Positions 28,953-39,241 of a stretch of 64,000 nt of DNA are shown here, in pieces (within the stretch, counting starts at the first letter, position 1; each line of letters starts with the position of its first letter). The translations under genes were made by a program, and so were the position numbers. A model generated the notes under the pieces. The model did no database searches and was not told the DNA's origin. It saw only the letters and a program-made list of their open reading frames with translations. The stretch is from Chthonomonas calidirosea. GTDB lineage: Bacteria; Armatimonadota; Fimbriimonadia; Fimbriimonadales; Fimbriimonadaceae. The DNA lies in assembly GCA_945859975.1 (NCBI GenBank), contig CAMAPH010000001.1, positions 145,070-209,069 on the forward strand, written 5' to 3'.

Positions 28953-31034
28953 TTACCGGAATTCGAACTTCCCTTTGAGCAGGACTCCGCCCGTCAGCGC
29001 CCAGAGCCGCCGACCATTACAAAGCGAGCCCTTGTGTGGACTACTAACGTCCATGTACCACTCTGTTGGTTTTATCCGATCTCTTTTAAGGTCTGAGTAG
29101 CGCATTACGTTGACAAAGGAGAATCCAGCGTGGCTAAAAAGCACGTGTTCACCGGCGGCATCCATGCTATCCGCATAGTAGTCCATCGACAAGTAGTCTT
29201 GCGGTAAGTAGCGCGCCTTTCGAGTTGTCAAGTCATAGAAAATTGGCCAACTGTATGCGTCTCCGCCAACGTGGAGGAGCATGTAAAGAATGCGTGATCC
29301 CGTTGCATTTGTTGCCAAATGATTCACATTAAATACTGTCGTGCCAGGATTGGGCAACTGTATTGACTCCAACTTATCCGGGAGACGACTCCAGCGAAAA
29401 ACGGAGTTAAGTGCTGATCCAGACTGGAAGCCACCGACGAGATCTCGCGACGTCGACGTGAAGAACACCACCGTCCCGTCTGCGGAAATCTTCGGTCCCT
29501 CCGAGTAACCTGAGCCCGGTCGACCGTCCGTGGTCCTGCTTAAGAGCCGTTCGGCTTTCCTCGTGTAGTCGTAAAGGTAAATCTGATTGGAGCGCTCGTA
29601 GACCGTAAACATTCCGCTACGATCCATCGAGGCAGTATTGGAGCCGAGATCGTGAATGAATCCTAGCTTTAAGTCGACAAAATGGCATGTTGTACCGTTG
29701 ATACTATAATGCCTACCAACGATATATCTCCCGTTATCGCTCAACGCCAGGGGTTCAAGGTTGTTCGGTATGACGACATCTGCACCCGTACTCAAGTCAC
29801 GGCGAACGCTCCGGTATTTTCCGTCCGAAAAGATTGTTGAACCTTTTAGTGCCGCAAAGCGCTCATCCGGAGTGACACAGAAGCCAGCGACATCTTCGGC
29901 TGGCACTTTATAGCCCGCATTGTCAAGATACGATTGGGTGCGCAAAGCGACGTTACAAAGAAGCACGTCACCCGCCCAAGTTCCGATTGCAACATTTGCT
30001 CCGTTATCATCAATTGATATCGATTCCGGATAATCGTCAACTCGGTACTTAGGAACAATTTCTTTCCACTGGTTCTTCGGCACGTCATAAACGTAAGCCA
30101 CGCGAGTGGAGTATGGGCAAAATGCAATGTAAGTACCGTTCGTCGAAACGTCCATCGCTCGAACGGAGTTTGACCCGTTCGGCCTCGGCAGCACCCTAGC
30201 AGTATTGGCGATAAAATCAAGGTGGTACAAATCATTTCCCGACAAATCCAGCGGATCTAAGGAGTTTTCTGTTTCAACAATAGCCTTTGTTCCGGTGTTA
30301 TCGACCCACAGAGGACGAAAAACTCTTCCGGTTGCGGAGTTTGGCAAAACCTGTTGCTTTACGCCGTTCCTATAGCGCCACAGACCCGCACCAACTCCGA
30401 AAAGTACGGAAGAGCCATCCTTACTGATCACACCCCTGCCCGACACATTTGTCTGAACTAGACGGCTAAAAGACTCTGCATCATCCCGGAGATAGAGATG
30501 GTTTCCGGCTTGAAACAAGACAAATTTTCCGTTATCAGATACACCGCTAAAGTGACAATCAAAGGCCGGCGTGCCGTCAGCTGCCTCCGAAACCAATACC
30601 GAATTGCCCGTTACATTGTCGTAATAGTAGAGCTGGGCGTTCAGCGTGCTAACGCCGGGTAAAGGATCATGACTTGAGTAGTAGGTTCGGCTTTGATCAT
30701 CGAGTACGGCAGTTGGATACCCATAATATTCGCGCGCGTATCCCAGCCATACCTGTTTTCCTAAATGCTTGTTTCGGCTTGAAATTCCATTACTTGCAAT
30801 ATTGCGAACAAAAATGTCCTGAGTTAGAAACCACTCGTTAGCACGCAGTCCGGTCTTCGTCGAGGAAAAGGAGGCATACCGACCGTTAGGCGAGAGAACA
30901 GGTGACCGCGAAATTCCAGATCCGGATCCATTTCGGATTGCGCCTTCCAAAATGTAACTCGCCTCGTAAAAGTCGAGTTGTCCGAGAGAGATGGAAGCAA
31001 GCGTGAATACGGCAATCGCAAACGGTACTTTCAT
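28953..31034 (-). CDS. Secreted TolB/WD40-like multi-blade beta-propeller protein, AT-richer than its neighbours
   Basis: Signal peptide MKVPFAIAVFTLASISLG; repeated blade motifs PVLSPNGRYASF, VSDNGKFVLF, ISKDGSSVLF and PKISADGTVVFF. Confidence 0.8.
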   Translation of the reverse strand: MKVPFAIAVFTLASISLGQLDFYEASYILEGAIRNGSGSGISRSPVLSPNGRYASFSSTKTGLRANEWFLTQDIFVRNIASNGISSRNKHLGKQVWLGYAREYYGYPTAVLDDQSRTYYSSHDPLPGVSTLNAQLYYYDNVTGNSVLVSEAADGTPAFDCHFSGVSDNGKFVLFQAGNHLYLRDDAESFSRLVQTNVSGRGVISKDGSSVLFGVGAGLWRYRNGVKQQVLPNSATGRVFRPLWVDNTGTKAIVETENSLDPLDLSGNDLYHLDFIANTARVLPRPNGSNSVRAMDVSTNGTYIAFCPYSTRVAYVYDVPKNQWKEIVPKYRVDDYPESISIDDNGANVAIGTWAGDVLLCNVALRTQSYLDNAGYKVPAEDVAGFCVTPDERFAALKGSTIFSDGKYRSVRRDLSTGADVVIPNNLEPLALSDNGRYIVGRHYSINGTTCHFVDLKLGFIHDLGSNTASMDRSGMFTVYERSNQIYLYDYTRKAERLLSRTTDGRPGSGYSEGPKISADGTVVFFTSTSRDLVGGFQSGSALNSVFRWSRLPDKLESIQLPNPGTTVFNVNHLATNATGSRILYMLLHVGGDAYSWPIFYDLTTRKARYLPQDYLSMDYYADSMDAAGEHVLFSHAGFSFVNVMRYSDLKRDRIKPTEWYMDVSSPHKGSLCNGRRLWALTGGVLLKGKFEFR

Positions 31035-31128
31035 GAAATTTCTCCTTTCAACTATAGCCATCTTTAAAGCAGCAAGTCAGCATCGAGGCGATCGCTTTAT
31101 GGCTAGGATCCAATCGGGCAATTCGAAA

Positions 31129-31166
31129 CGCGCTTGCCCAACAACCGAAGTCGTTGCGCAAGCGCG
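31129..31166 (-). terminator. Intrinsic terminator after the small acidic protein gene
   Basis: Minus strand CGCGCTTGCGCAACGAC-TTCG-GTTGTTGGGCAAGCGCG-TTTC, with a UUCG loop. Confidence 0.65.
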
Positions 31167-31180
31167 GCTTGAAGGGGGAC

Positions 31181-31465
31181 TTAGGCTTCTGATGCCGGAT
31201 TGGCGTCTTTTGCTTCTTCCGCAACCTTTTCGGCGGCGGCGTCATCGTCGCCGTCCATCATGTCTTTGGCCTTCTCAACGAGACCTTCGACCTTGTCCTT
31301 AACGGTCGCACCAAACTCGGTGACGTCTTCCTTCAGGTTGTCCATGGCGGTGCCTGGATCTTTGATGGCTTCCTTCGCCTTATCGGCAAGTTCGGTCGCT
31401 TCTTCCTTTACTTCGTTGACCAAGTTGCTGGCCGCATCGCTCACTTTCTTTAGCAGATCATCCAT
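31181..31465 (-). CDS. Small acidic amphipathic-helix protein (YtxH/LEA-like)
   Basis: Start MDDLLKKV, with AAGGA upstream; repetitive A/K/E/D helical pattern. Confidence 0.7.
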   Translation of the reverse strand: MDDLLKKVSDAASNLVNEVKEEATELADKAKEAIKDPGTAMDNLKEDVTEFGATVKDKVEGLVEKAKDMMDGDDDAAAEKVAEEAKDANPASEA

Positions 31466-31475
31466 TTGAATATCC

Positions 31476-32759
31476 TTATCTCCGTCCAGCACCGTGGTAG
31501 TACTTGAAGGGCTCTTCGAAGTCTAGCCGTACGACGGTGGCATTCGGATCGGTTAATTGTTGAGGCACATCAATCCATACAATTCCTGGTGTTTCTCCCA
31601 GCCCGCCGATGCGTTTGTGCGTGAGCTCTTCGCCGGTGCCAACAATCGTAGCTTTCACTACTGCGGACCGGAGTCCCTTAACCGCAATCTGATCTACTGG
31701 CGGATCGAAGAAGAACAGATAAAGCGATTTGCCGTCTTTGCTCCGGGTGGAAGCACCGTAGAACAATCCCAGCGGAAGGCCCGCCTCTGTCCCGTAAATG
31801 GCTTCCTCGTGCTTGTGGATCCAGCTTCCCAGACCTTCTAGCCGCTCAATTTGATCGGGTTGCAACCGACCGTCCTCGTAGGGTCCGACGTCCAAAAGCA
31901 TGTTGCCGCCCATGCCGATGGTTTCGGCAAACATGCGGACAAGCTGCCGAACCGATTTGTGGTTGTTGTCGGTTGTTTGGTAGCCCCAAGAGTCATTGAT
32001 CGTGACGCAGAATTCCCAGGGGCCCTCTGGCGGAACGATCGGAAAGCCCTGTTCGGGGGTGGCAAAATCCCCGTGTCCGAGGAGGCGAGAGTTGAAGATC
32101 GCGTTCGGTTGCCAGGCTTCAAGCTGCTTTCGGAGCCCGGCCATGTCGAACTGTTCTGGCGTGCGTTCCCACTCACCGTCGAACCAGTAGATGTCGACAT
32201 CGCCAAACTGCGTGCTCAGTTCCTCAAGCTGCGCTCGGTGGAACTTGATGAATCGCGCCCATGCTTCCGGGTCCTCCTTGCCTGGTTCTGGAAAAGCAAA
32301 TCGGTTCTTGTAGTAGTTCTCGTTCCCAGCGATCTCCGGGTCCTTATCTGCGGGAAACACGCTCGCATAATCCGGATGGGTCCAGTCGAGGTGGCTGTAA
32401 TAGAAGCCGACTTTCAAGTCATGGTTTCGGCACGCTTCGACGTATGGCGTGATGAGATCCCGCTTTGCAGGCGTGGCCTTGACCGTGCTCAGGTCGTTTG
32501 CTTTTGTATCCCAAAGCGCCACACCATCGTGGTGTTTCGTTGTGAGAACCACATATTTGGCTCCGATGCGCTCAAACAGCTCACACCAGGCTTCGGGGTC
32601 GTACTGCGACGCCGTGAAGCCGTCGAGTTGCTTCATGTAGTCCTCGTGGCTGATCTGCCCGTTAAAGAAGGACCAAGACTCAGAAATTCCGTTCACGGCG
32701 TAAATTCCGTAGTGAATGAAAATGCCGAGTTTGGCGTCTTGGAACCAAGGTTGCATCAT
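31476..32759 (-). CDS. Alpha-L-fucosidase, GH29
   Basis: Motifs KLGIFIHYG, LTTKHHDG, nucleophile WFDGEW, DSWGY and GGNMLLDVGP. Confidence 0.92.
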   Translation of the reverse strand: MMQPWFQDAKLGIFIHYGIYAVNGISESWSFFNGQISHEDYMKQLDGFTASQYDPEAWCELFERIGAKYVVLTTKHHDGVALWDTKANDLSTVKATPAKRDLITPYVEACRNHDLKVGFYYSHLDWTHPDYASVFPADKDPEIAGNENYYKNRFAFPEPGKEDPEAWARFIKFHRAQLEELSTQFGDVDIYWFDGEWERTPEQFDMAGLRKQLEAWQPNAIFNSRLLGHGDFATPEQGFPIVPPEGPWEFCVTINDSWGYQTTDNNHKSVRQLVRMFAETIGMGGNMLLDVGPYEDGRLQPDQIERLEGLGSWIHKHEEAIYGTEAGLPLGLFYGASTRSKDGKSLYLFFFDPPVDQIAVKGLRSAVVKATIVGTGEELTHKRIGGLGETPGIVWIDVPQQLTDPNATVVRLDFEEPFKYYHGAGRR

Positions 32760-32827
32760 TGCGTTTCAAGGTTACTCATGGTCCCGGCGGATGCGCTACC
32801 CGGCGGGTACGGTTACGGTTCAGCTAG

Positions 32828-34918
32828 ATGATGTTAACTTCCGTTCTGGGCTGCCTGCTCGCACTTCAAACTCCGCAAGCCGCGCCCTTTCGAGAACAGT
32901 TTCCTTTGCCCTCCGCCACGCTTGGTGCCGGCTGGGTAGCCCGGATTGGAGCGGAAACCCTGCCACCAGAGGAAGAGCTGCGCCTACGAGATTCCGGGTT
33001 CAAATGGGTTCAGAGGCCAATCTTATGGCGCGACATCGAGAAAGTTAAGGGCACTTTTGATTGGACACGCTGCGATAGCGACCTTCGGCAACTACGCCGG
33101 ATCGGGGTCCGCCCGATCCTGGTTTTGACCGGCAGAAACGACCTCTACCAAAAGGGCTTGCCAACTTCGAAGGAAGCCCAAGAAGCCTACGCCGCCTTTG
33201 TTCGGCGGATTGCCCTGCGTTACCGAAATTTCGGAGCCATCTGGCAGATATGGGATGCCCCGAATTTGGAACCCTGGGGTCAGACTTCTGCCCCAAATCC
33301 CTATCTAGAGCTCGCGAAGCTCGCATCGAACGCGATAAGGCAAACCACACCAGAACAGTGGATAGCGGGGCCAGGTGTAATTGGGAACGACTTACCTTTC
33401 TTGCAGCAGTGTCTTACGTCGGGCCTTGGCACGTCATGGGATTTGGTTCTTCTGCAGGCAGACACGGTAACGGTTCCGGAAAGCGGAGTTCCAGCTGTTC
33501 TGCCGCTACGCGCGCTTCTCGCCCAGCACGGCCTGGCAGGTAAACCCCTGATTCTTGGAGTTAATCGCTCTGAATTGGCCAGCCAATCTGTACGGACTGC
33601 CCTGCATCACCAATTGAATGGTGCTACCGGCACCATTTTCGGCAACTGGAGCCAACTTCAACCTGCCTCCACAAACCTGGCCCGTGCCTCTGGGTTCGCG
33701 CTAAAGCAGCGCATTTCAACTGGAAATCCTGAAGAATGGGTGCTCTTGTTTATGCGTGGTAACCAGCCGATGGTCGTGTACTGGACGCTTGGCGCCGCGC
33801 GGAAGATGAGCCTGGGCGATGCCACGATGGAGATTTCTGCGGAACCCCAATCTTGGATTCCTGAGAAGCGACAACGCATTCTCGATCTCGCGGCCGCGCT
33901 TCCGTTTGTATCTCCCACAACGATCGTGTCGAGCCGTGAGGACATCGAAAAACTGGTTCGCTCCGTCGCACGTTCTGCCCCGCCCGCAACTCGGGTTCTC
34001 GTAAAGCTAGACCTCCCCGTGATTGGTGTACGCCGCCTGGAAACATCCCCGGAAGACACCGAACTGGAGCGAAAAATGGATCGCCTCGGGCTGTTTCTTC
34101 CAAGAACTGATGACCCGATTTCGTTAACGATTGAGGTTGGCTCCGAGCCAAACCTCCTGATCTCCACGATGCTTATGAATCGTGAACCAGTTTTTGTAGA
34201 TCGCGTCCCTTCCCCGTTGAAGACGATCGCGCTTCGGGTATCAGGGGCAGAGGTCGACGGAATTGGCCGCATCACGGCATCGACGCCAATCCCAGATCAG
34301 ACGCTGAAAGTCCAGAAAGATGGTTCAGCGCGCATCGAGTTCCCCTGGGTTCGCGACGAGCCAGCCTATGTGGTTCTAGAGTCCAGCGGAAGGGCCGTCT
34401 GGATGGCGGAAGTGCCCGGTTTGTGGACGTCCTCCGCAATCGCAGATGCGGAAGAGAGCATTCCGAATGTCGCTCAGGTGAAATCGGAGAAAGTCATTCC
34501 GACCGGACTGCCCGCAAACGACCAGCGCGACGGAAGGCGGATCCAGTTCAGCTTCGGCCCAACCTCCGAGCCGATAATCTCAAAGTCTCCGGAACCAGAG
34601 GCATGGCCGGGACGACCGCTTCAGTACGGCCTGTGGATCGAAGGAGATGGCTCCGGTGTGCGGTTCAGTCTGCAGTTCGCAGATGCCGAGGGCGAACTCT
34701 TCCAGCCTGCGAGCATCGCCGTTACGTGGGCGGGGTGGCGATACGTTTCCTTCTCCCTTCGGTGCAGCGTCAATCAACGTATTTCCGGCAAAGGCAATGG
34801 AAAGCCCACATTGCCGCTCCGGCTTGTTGCCCCGTTTGTACTCACGTCTTGGCCAGCCAGATCAGTTGCCGGGCAGATCACACTCACAAATCCCGCGATA
34901 AGCTTTGCGAAGCCCTAA
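32828..34918 (+). CDS. Secreted protein with a degenerate GH-A clan (GH5/GH39-like) barrel and a C-terminal CBM11-like domain
   Basis: GFKWVQRPILWRDIEKVKGTFDW and WQIWDAPN (canonical form WEIWNEPN); C-terminal GLWIEGDGSG...VTWAGWRYV. Confidence 0.7.
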   Translation: MMLTSVLGCLLALQTPQAAPFREQFPLPSATLGAGWVARIGAETLPPEEELRLRDSGFKWVQRPILWRDIEKVKGTFDWTRCDSDLRQLRRIGVRPILVLTGRNDLYQKGLPTSKEAQEAYAAFVRRIALRYRNFGAIWQIWDAPNLEPWGQTSAPNPYLELAKLASNAIRQTTPEQWIAGPGVIGNDLPFLQQCLTSGLGTSWDLVLLQADTVTVPESGVPAVLPLRALLAQHGLAGKPLILGVNRSELASQSVRTALHHQLNGATGTIFGNWSQLQPASTNLARASGFALKQRISTGNPEEWVLLFMRGNQPMVVYWTLGAARKMSLGDATMEISAEPQSWIPEKRQRILDLAAALPFVSPTTIVSSREDIEKLVRSVARSAPPATRVLVKLDLPVIGVRRLETSPEDTELERKMDRLGLFLPRTDDPISLTIEVGSEPNLLISTMLMNREPVFVDRVPSPLKTIALRVSGAEVDGIGRITASTPIPDQTLKVQKDGSARIEFPWVRDEPAYVVLESSGRAVWMAEVPGLWTSSAIADAEESIPNVAQVKSEKVIPTGLPANDQRDGRRIQFSFGPTSEPIISKSPEPEAWPGRPLQYGLWIEGDGSGVRFSLQFADAEGELFQPASIAVTWAGWRYVSFSLRCSVNQRISGKGNGKPTLPLRLVAPFVLTSWPARSVAGQITLTNPAISFAKP

Positions 34919-34964
34919 GTCTCTGCCTATTAGCCTCGCGCGAAAAGGCGATAACATAATGGAA

Positions 34965-35666
34965 ATGGCTCGGACGTACTCAGAAGACGAAGCGGCAAGG
35001 CTGTTGAAGAAAGCCGCGAAGCTTCAAGATGCGACCGCAAGCTCCCTTTCCGGCGGGGTGACTCAGGATGAACTTCGGCGAATTGCGCAAGAAGCAGGCA
35101 TCGATCCGAAATTCTTAGAACTGGCCGAGACCCAACCAGAAAGCAGTCGGAACCAACTCTTTTTTGGCTTTGGAGAAGAGTTTGTCTACGAATTGCCTTA
35201 CGAACTCTCAGCCGACGCCGAGCGACACTTCTTTGACGAACTCAGTGCCAGCGTCAAAATCTCTCAATCCACGACGGTGGGCAGCACGAAGCGAATGCAC
35301 GTCGGGCGTGGATTGCTGTTTGGCAACTTAGAAGTTACTTCTCGCCTCGGAAAGACCACGGTTCGGCTCCGACAATCCCCATTTGTCGCGTACTTTGCCG
35401 GCCTGCATGGTCCGCTCATTCTTGGCTGTATTCTCACCCTCGCCCTCGGAGCACGAGGCAATTTAGTAGGTTCGATGGCTGGCCTCGTCACGATCCTCGT
35501 CGGCTTTGCGATTTTTTGGTTCCTGAGCCAGGGCGGACGTCGAACGGCGGAATCCAAGTGGCAAGAGATCGTGGAGCTGCTCGATCGCACAACGGCAGCC
35601 GATCCGAATCTGGCGAAGTTAGCTGTCGAATCTGACGCTAGTCAGGAACTCCGCTTGCAAGCATAG
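34965..35666 (+). CDS. Hypothetical membrane protein with two C-terminal TM helices
   Basis: N-terminal helical motif RTYSEDEAARLLKKA...ELRRIAQEAGIDP; start at ATG 34959 or 34965. Confidence 0.75.
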   Translation: MARTYSEDEAARLLKKAAKLQDATASSLSGGVTQDELRRIAQEAGIDPKFLELAETQPESSRNQLFFGFGEEFVYELPYELSADAERHFFDELSASVKISQSTTVGSTKRMHVGRGLLFGNLEVTSRLGKTTVRLRQSPFVAYFAGLHGPLILGCILTLALGARGNLVGSMAGLVTILVGFAIFWFLSQGGRRTAESKWQEIVELLDRTTAADPNLAKLAVESDASQELRLQA

Positions 35667-35691
35667 ACGAGCTCCGTGCTAAAGTCCGAGG

Positions 35692-37497
35692 ATGCAACGT
35701 GGTGGGCCACCGGATAAGAAGAAGCTAAACAAGGCAAACCTGAATCGGGTGACCGCCTTGTTCAAGCCCCATGCCGGACGATTGTGGTTCATCGGCGTGC
35801 TCGTCATCATTACCGCCGCAATCGGATTGGCACCGCCATTTTTGCTTGAGCGGATTGTTAATGACGGCTTGCTCAAGCGGGATCTGAACTTGGTCACGCA
35901 AATGAGCGTGCTCACCATGATCGCGCTGCTGGCTTCAAGTTTGCTCGGCTGGTGGTTCGGTTATCTGAGCGTAGAGCTCGGCCAACGCATCATGCAGGAT
36001 TTGCGCACGAAACTTTTCAGCCACTTGCAGAGCATGTCGCTCAAGTTCTTCACCGCGACGCGGACGGGCGAAATCCAGTCTCGACTAGCGAATGACGTCG
36101 GCGGAATCCAGTCGGTAGTCAGCGACACCGCAGTTAACATTCTTTCGAACGTCGTGACCGTCGTTTCAACCTTGGTCGCCATGTTCATTCTCGACTGGCG
36201 GCTGACCGCGATGGCCATCGGCGTCATGCCGATCTTTGCCTTTGTTGCAAAGTGGGTCGGTGATCAGGCTCGGGACGTACGAAAGGAATCGCAAGAGCAC
36301 CTTGCCGACCTCAACTCGACGATGAGCGAAACGCTCTCCATCTCGGGTGCGCTCCTCACAAAAACTAGCGGACGCCAGGCGCTTACGCTTGATCGGTTTA
36401 GCAAAACGAACACTGCCCTCACCAAGATCAACGTGAAGATGTCGATGATCTTCCGGTCGTTCGGCACGCTCTTTCAGCTGACTTTCTCGCTGACGCCGAT
36501 CCTTGTTTATTGGCTAGCAGGTTGGCTGATGGCTACGAAGGCGACCGACCCGCTGACGATCGGAGGCATCGTGGCCTTCACGGCGCTTCAAGGGCGGCTG
36601 TTCTTCCCCCTCACTTCCCTGCTCTCGACCCAGGTTGAACTGGGTAGCGCCATGGCGCTGTTCGACCGAATTTTCGAGTACCTCGACCTTCCGCAGGACA
36701 TCAAGGATTCTCCGAATGCCGTCGAGCTAAAGGCAGTTCGAGGTGAGGTGGAGTTCAAGGATGTCTCGTTCCGGTACGAAGAGAACCAAGAACGACCAAC
36801 CCTCGAAGGAATCAATTTGAAGGGTAACCCCGGCCAATTAATCGCCCTAGTGGGTTCGAGCGGTGCGGGCAAAACTTCCCTTGCCTACTTGATTCCACGG
36901 CTCTACGACGTCACCGGTGGCGAAGTGCTGATTGACGGCATCGACGTCCGCCAGATTCAGTTGGCGTCGCTGGCAAAGGCGCTCGCCGTCGTTACGCAAG
37001 AAACTTATCTCGTACACGACACCCTCCGCGAAAACTTGCGCTACGGCAAGCCCGACGCGACCGACGAGGAAATCGAAGTCGCCGCCCGCGCTGCCGCCAT
37101 TCACGATCACATTGCAACTTTGCCGGAAGGATATGACACCGTCGTCGGAGAACGAGGCTATCGACTATCGGGCGGAGAGAAGCAACGCATCGCAATTGCC
37201 CGCGCGATCCTGAAGGATCCGAAAATCCTTATCTTGGACGAAGCTACTTCTGCCCTCGACACGGAATCTGAACGCCTGGTGCAGGGAGCTATGGAGAGGC
37301 TGATGGAGGGCCGAACAACCTTCGCCATCGCCCACCGCCTGTCAACCATCCGACGTGCTGACCAAATTTTGGTGATGCAGCACGGGCAGATCGTTGAACG
37401 CGGAACCCACACGGAGTTACTCCAATCGGACGGCCTGTATCGACGCCTGTACGAAGCTCAGTCCGGTGCAACCGAGGCAACTACGCTTCCCGTTTGA
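35692..37497 (+). CDS. ABC exporter, fused permease/ATPase (MsbA/MdlB-like)
   Basis: Six-TM N-terminal half; Walker A GSSGAGKT, signature LSGGEKQR, Walker B ILILDEATS, IAHRLST. Confidence 0.93.
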   Translation: MQRGGPPDKKKLNKANLNRVTALFKPHAGRLWFIGVLVIITAAIGLAPPFLLERIVNDGLLKRDLNLVTQMSVLTMIALLASSLLGWWFGYLSVELGQRIMQDLRTKLFSHLQSMSLKFFTATRTGEIQSRLANDVGGIQSVVSDTAVNILSNVVTVVSTLVAMFILDWRLTAMAIGVMPIFAFVAKWVGDQARDVRKESQEHLADLNSTMSETLSISGALLTKTSGRQALTLDRFSKTNTALTKINVKMSMIFRSFGTLFQLTFSLTPILVYWLAGWLMATKATDPLTIGGIVAFTALQGRLFFPLTSLLSTQVELGSAMALFDRIFEYLDLPQDIKDSPNAVELKAVRGEVEFKDVSFRYEENQERPTLEGINLKGNPGQLIALVGSSGAGKTSLAYLIPRLYDVTGGEVLIDGIDVRQIQLASLAKALAVVTQETYLVHDTLRENLRYGKPDATDEEIEVAARAAAIHDHIATLPEGYDTVVGERGYRLSGGEKQRIAIARAILKDPKILILDEATSALDTESERLVQGAMERLMEGRTTFAIAHRLSTIRRADQILVMQHGQIVERGTHTELLQSDGLYRRLYEAQSGATEATTLPV

Positions 37498-37510
37498 TTC
37501 AAACTAATCT

Positions 37511-38719
37511 ATGCCCGATTGGACCGCGCTCGCTGCTGATCTAGACGCCGCCGACCCGCTGGCTACTTTTCGGGACGAGTTCGTAATTGATGAACCCGAC
37601 CTTTGCTACCTCGATGGAAACTCCCTCGGGCGACTGCCAAAGCGCACGATCCCGCGGGTAGAGGCGGCGCTTCGGCAACAATGGGGAGGGCGCTTGATTC
37701 GAGGCTGGAATGACGGTTGGCTCGACCTCCCCGTGCGTCTTGCCGGAATGCTCGCGAAAGTGTTGAACGTGCAACCGACGGAGGTTCTGGTTGGCGACAC
37801 GACGTCGCTGAATCTGTACAAGTTGGCCCTCGGGTCGCTTCGTGCCCATGACAGACGAGCAATTCTAACAACTTCAGATAACTTCCCAAGCGACCTGTAC
37901 GTCCTGCAAGGTCTCGGTGCGGAGCTTCAGGTTGTCGAACCCGACTTGCTTGAGTCGTCAATCTCGGCAGACACGGCGCTCGTCACCGCGTCTCACGTGG
38001 CGTATGGAAGCGGACAGCGAAGCGATATCGCTCATCTTTCGGAGATTGCCCGCAAGAACGGTGCCTGGTCGCTTTGGGATTTGTCGCACTCTGCTGGCGT
38101 GGTCCCGCTGGACTTGAGTACCGCCGACATGGCGGTCGGATGTGGATACAAATATCTAAACGGCGGGCCCGGCGTACCAGCATTTCTGTACTTGCGATCT
38201 GACCTTCACGAAACCGTGTTGAACCCCATCCAAGGCTGGTTCGGGCAAGATCGACCGTTCTCGTTCGAACCGGAGTACCAGCCAGTCGCTGGAATCGCGA
38301 AATTCCAAATCAGCACGCCGAGCATTCTTTCGATGGTTGCACTGGAGAGTGGTCTCGAGCTTTATCTGGAAGCAGGCTCGGAACTCATCTGGCAGAAGGC
38401 GGTCTCGCTCACGGCGTTCTTCATCGATATGGTCTGCAGTGAAATGCCCGGGCAGTTTGAGATTGTCACTCCGCTCGATCCGGCCCAGCGCGGTGCTCAC
38501 GTGTCGCTCCGACACCCAGAGGCTTGGCGCATCACCCGAGCGCTGACGGAGCGAATGAACGTTATTCCCGACTTTCGCCGCCCGGATATGGTGAGGTTCG
38601 GATTCTCACCTTTGACGACCAGCTTTGCCGAGGTTTCAATTGCCGTCAACCGGCTGGCGGAAGTGATGCGAGAAGGCATTTACACCCAACTTTCAGACGA
38701 AATGCCCACCGTTACTTAA
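37511..38719 (+). CDS. kynU: Kynureninase
   Basis: Motifs YLDGNSLG, DNFPSDLY, WDLSHSAG, GCGYKYLNGGPG and IPDFRRPD. Confidence 0.93.
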   Translation: MPDWTALAADLDAADPLATFRDEFVIDEPDLCYLDGNSLGRLPKRTIPRVEAALRQQWGGRLIRGWNDGWLDLPVRLAGMLAKVLNVQPTEVLVGDTTSLNLYKLALGSLRAHDRRAILTTSDNFPSDLYVLQGLGAELQVVEPDLLESSISADTALVTASHVAYGSGQRSDIAHLSEIARKNGAWSLWDLSHSAGVVPLDLSTADMAVGCGYKYLNGGPGVPAFLYLRSDLHETVLNPIQGWFGQDRPFSFEPEYQPVAGIAKFQISTPSILSMVALESGLELYLEAGSELIWQKAVSLTAFFIDMVCSEMPGQFEIVTPLDPAQRGAHVSLRHPEAWRITRALTERMNVIPDFRRPDMVRFGFSPLTTSFAEVSIAVNRLAEVMREGIYTQLSDEMPTVT

Positions 38720-38770
38720 ATTTACAGCATTTTATTGCGCCTTTTTAAAGAAATGCCGCATAATAGTGCC

Positions 38771-39241
38771 ATGGCAATGGACGCAGTGGATCGACAGATT
38801 TTGGAGATTCTCCAAGAAGATGGCCGGATCACGAATGCCGAGTTGGCAAACCGAGTCGGCTTGACCCCTGGTCCGGTGTTGGCACGCGTCAATAAGCTCG
38901 AAGAGACCGGCTATATCACCGGTTACCGCGGCCTCGTCGATCCCGAAAAGGTTGGCCTTTCGTTCAGTGCGTTTGTCGCAGTAATCCTGCGCAGCCATGG
39001 CGAAAAGGAGTGTCAGTCCTTTATCGACGCGATGAAACTGGTGCCCGAAGTGCAAGAGGTGCATCACATCGCGGGCGACGAGGACTACCTGCTGAAAGTC
39101 GTTGCCACCAGTGCACGTGACTACGAGCGACTGCTACTGGATCACATTACCGGCCACGAGCACGTTCGACGCGTGAAGACCATCCTGGTGCTCTCGACGC
39201 AGAAGTTCACCACCACTGCCCCAATCAAGAAGGACCTATGA
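38771..39241 (+). CDS. Lrp/AsnC family transcriptional regulator
   Basis: MDAVDRQILEILQEDGRITNAELA; HIAGDEDYLLKV. TTGCGC-18 bp-CATAAT promoter immediately upstream. Confidence 0.92.
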   Translation: MAMDAVDRQILEILQEDGRITNAELANRVGLTPGPVLARVNKLEETGYITGYRGLVDPEKVGLSFSAFVAVILRSHGEKECQSFIDAMKLVPEVQEVHHIAGDEDYLLKVVATSARDYERLLLDHITGHEHVRRVKTILVLSTQKFTTTAPIKKDL

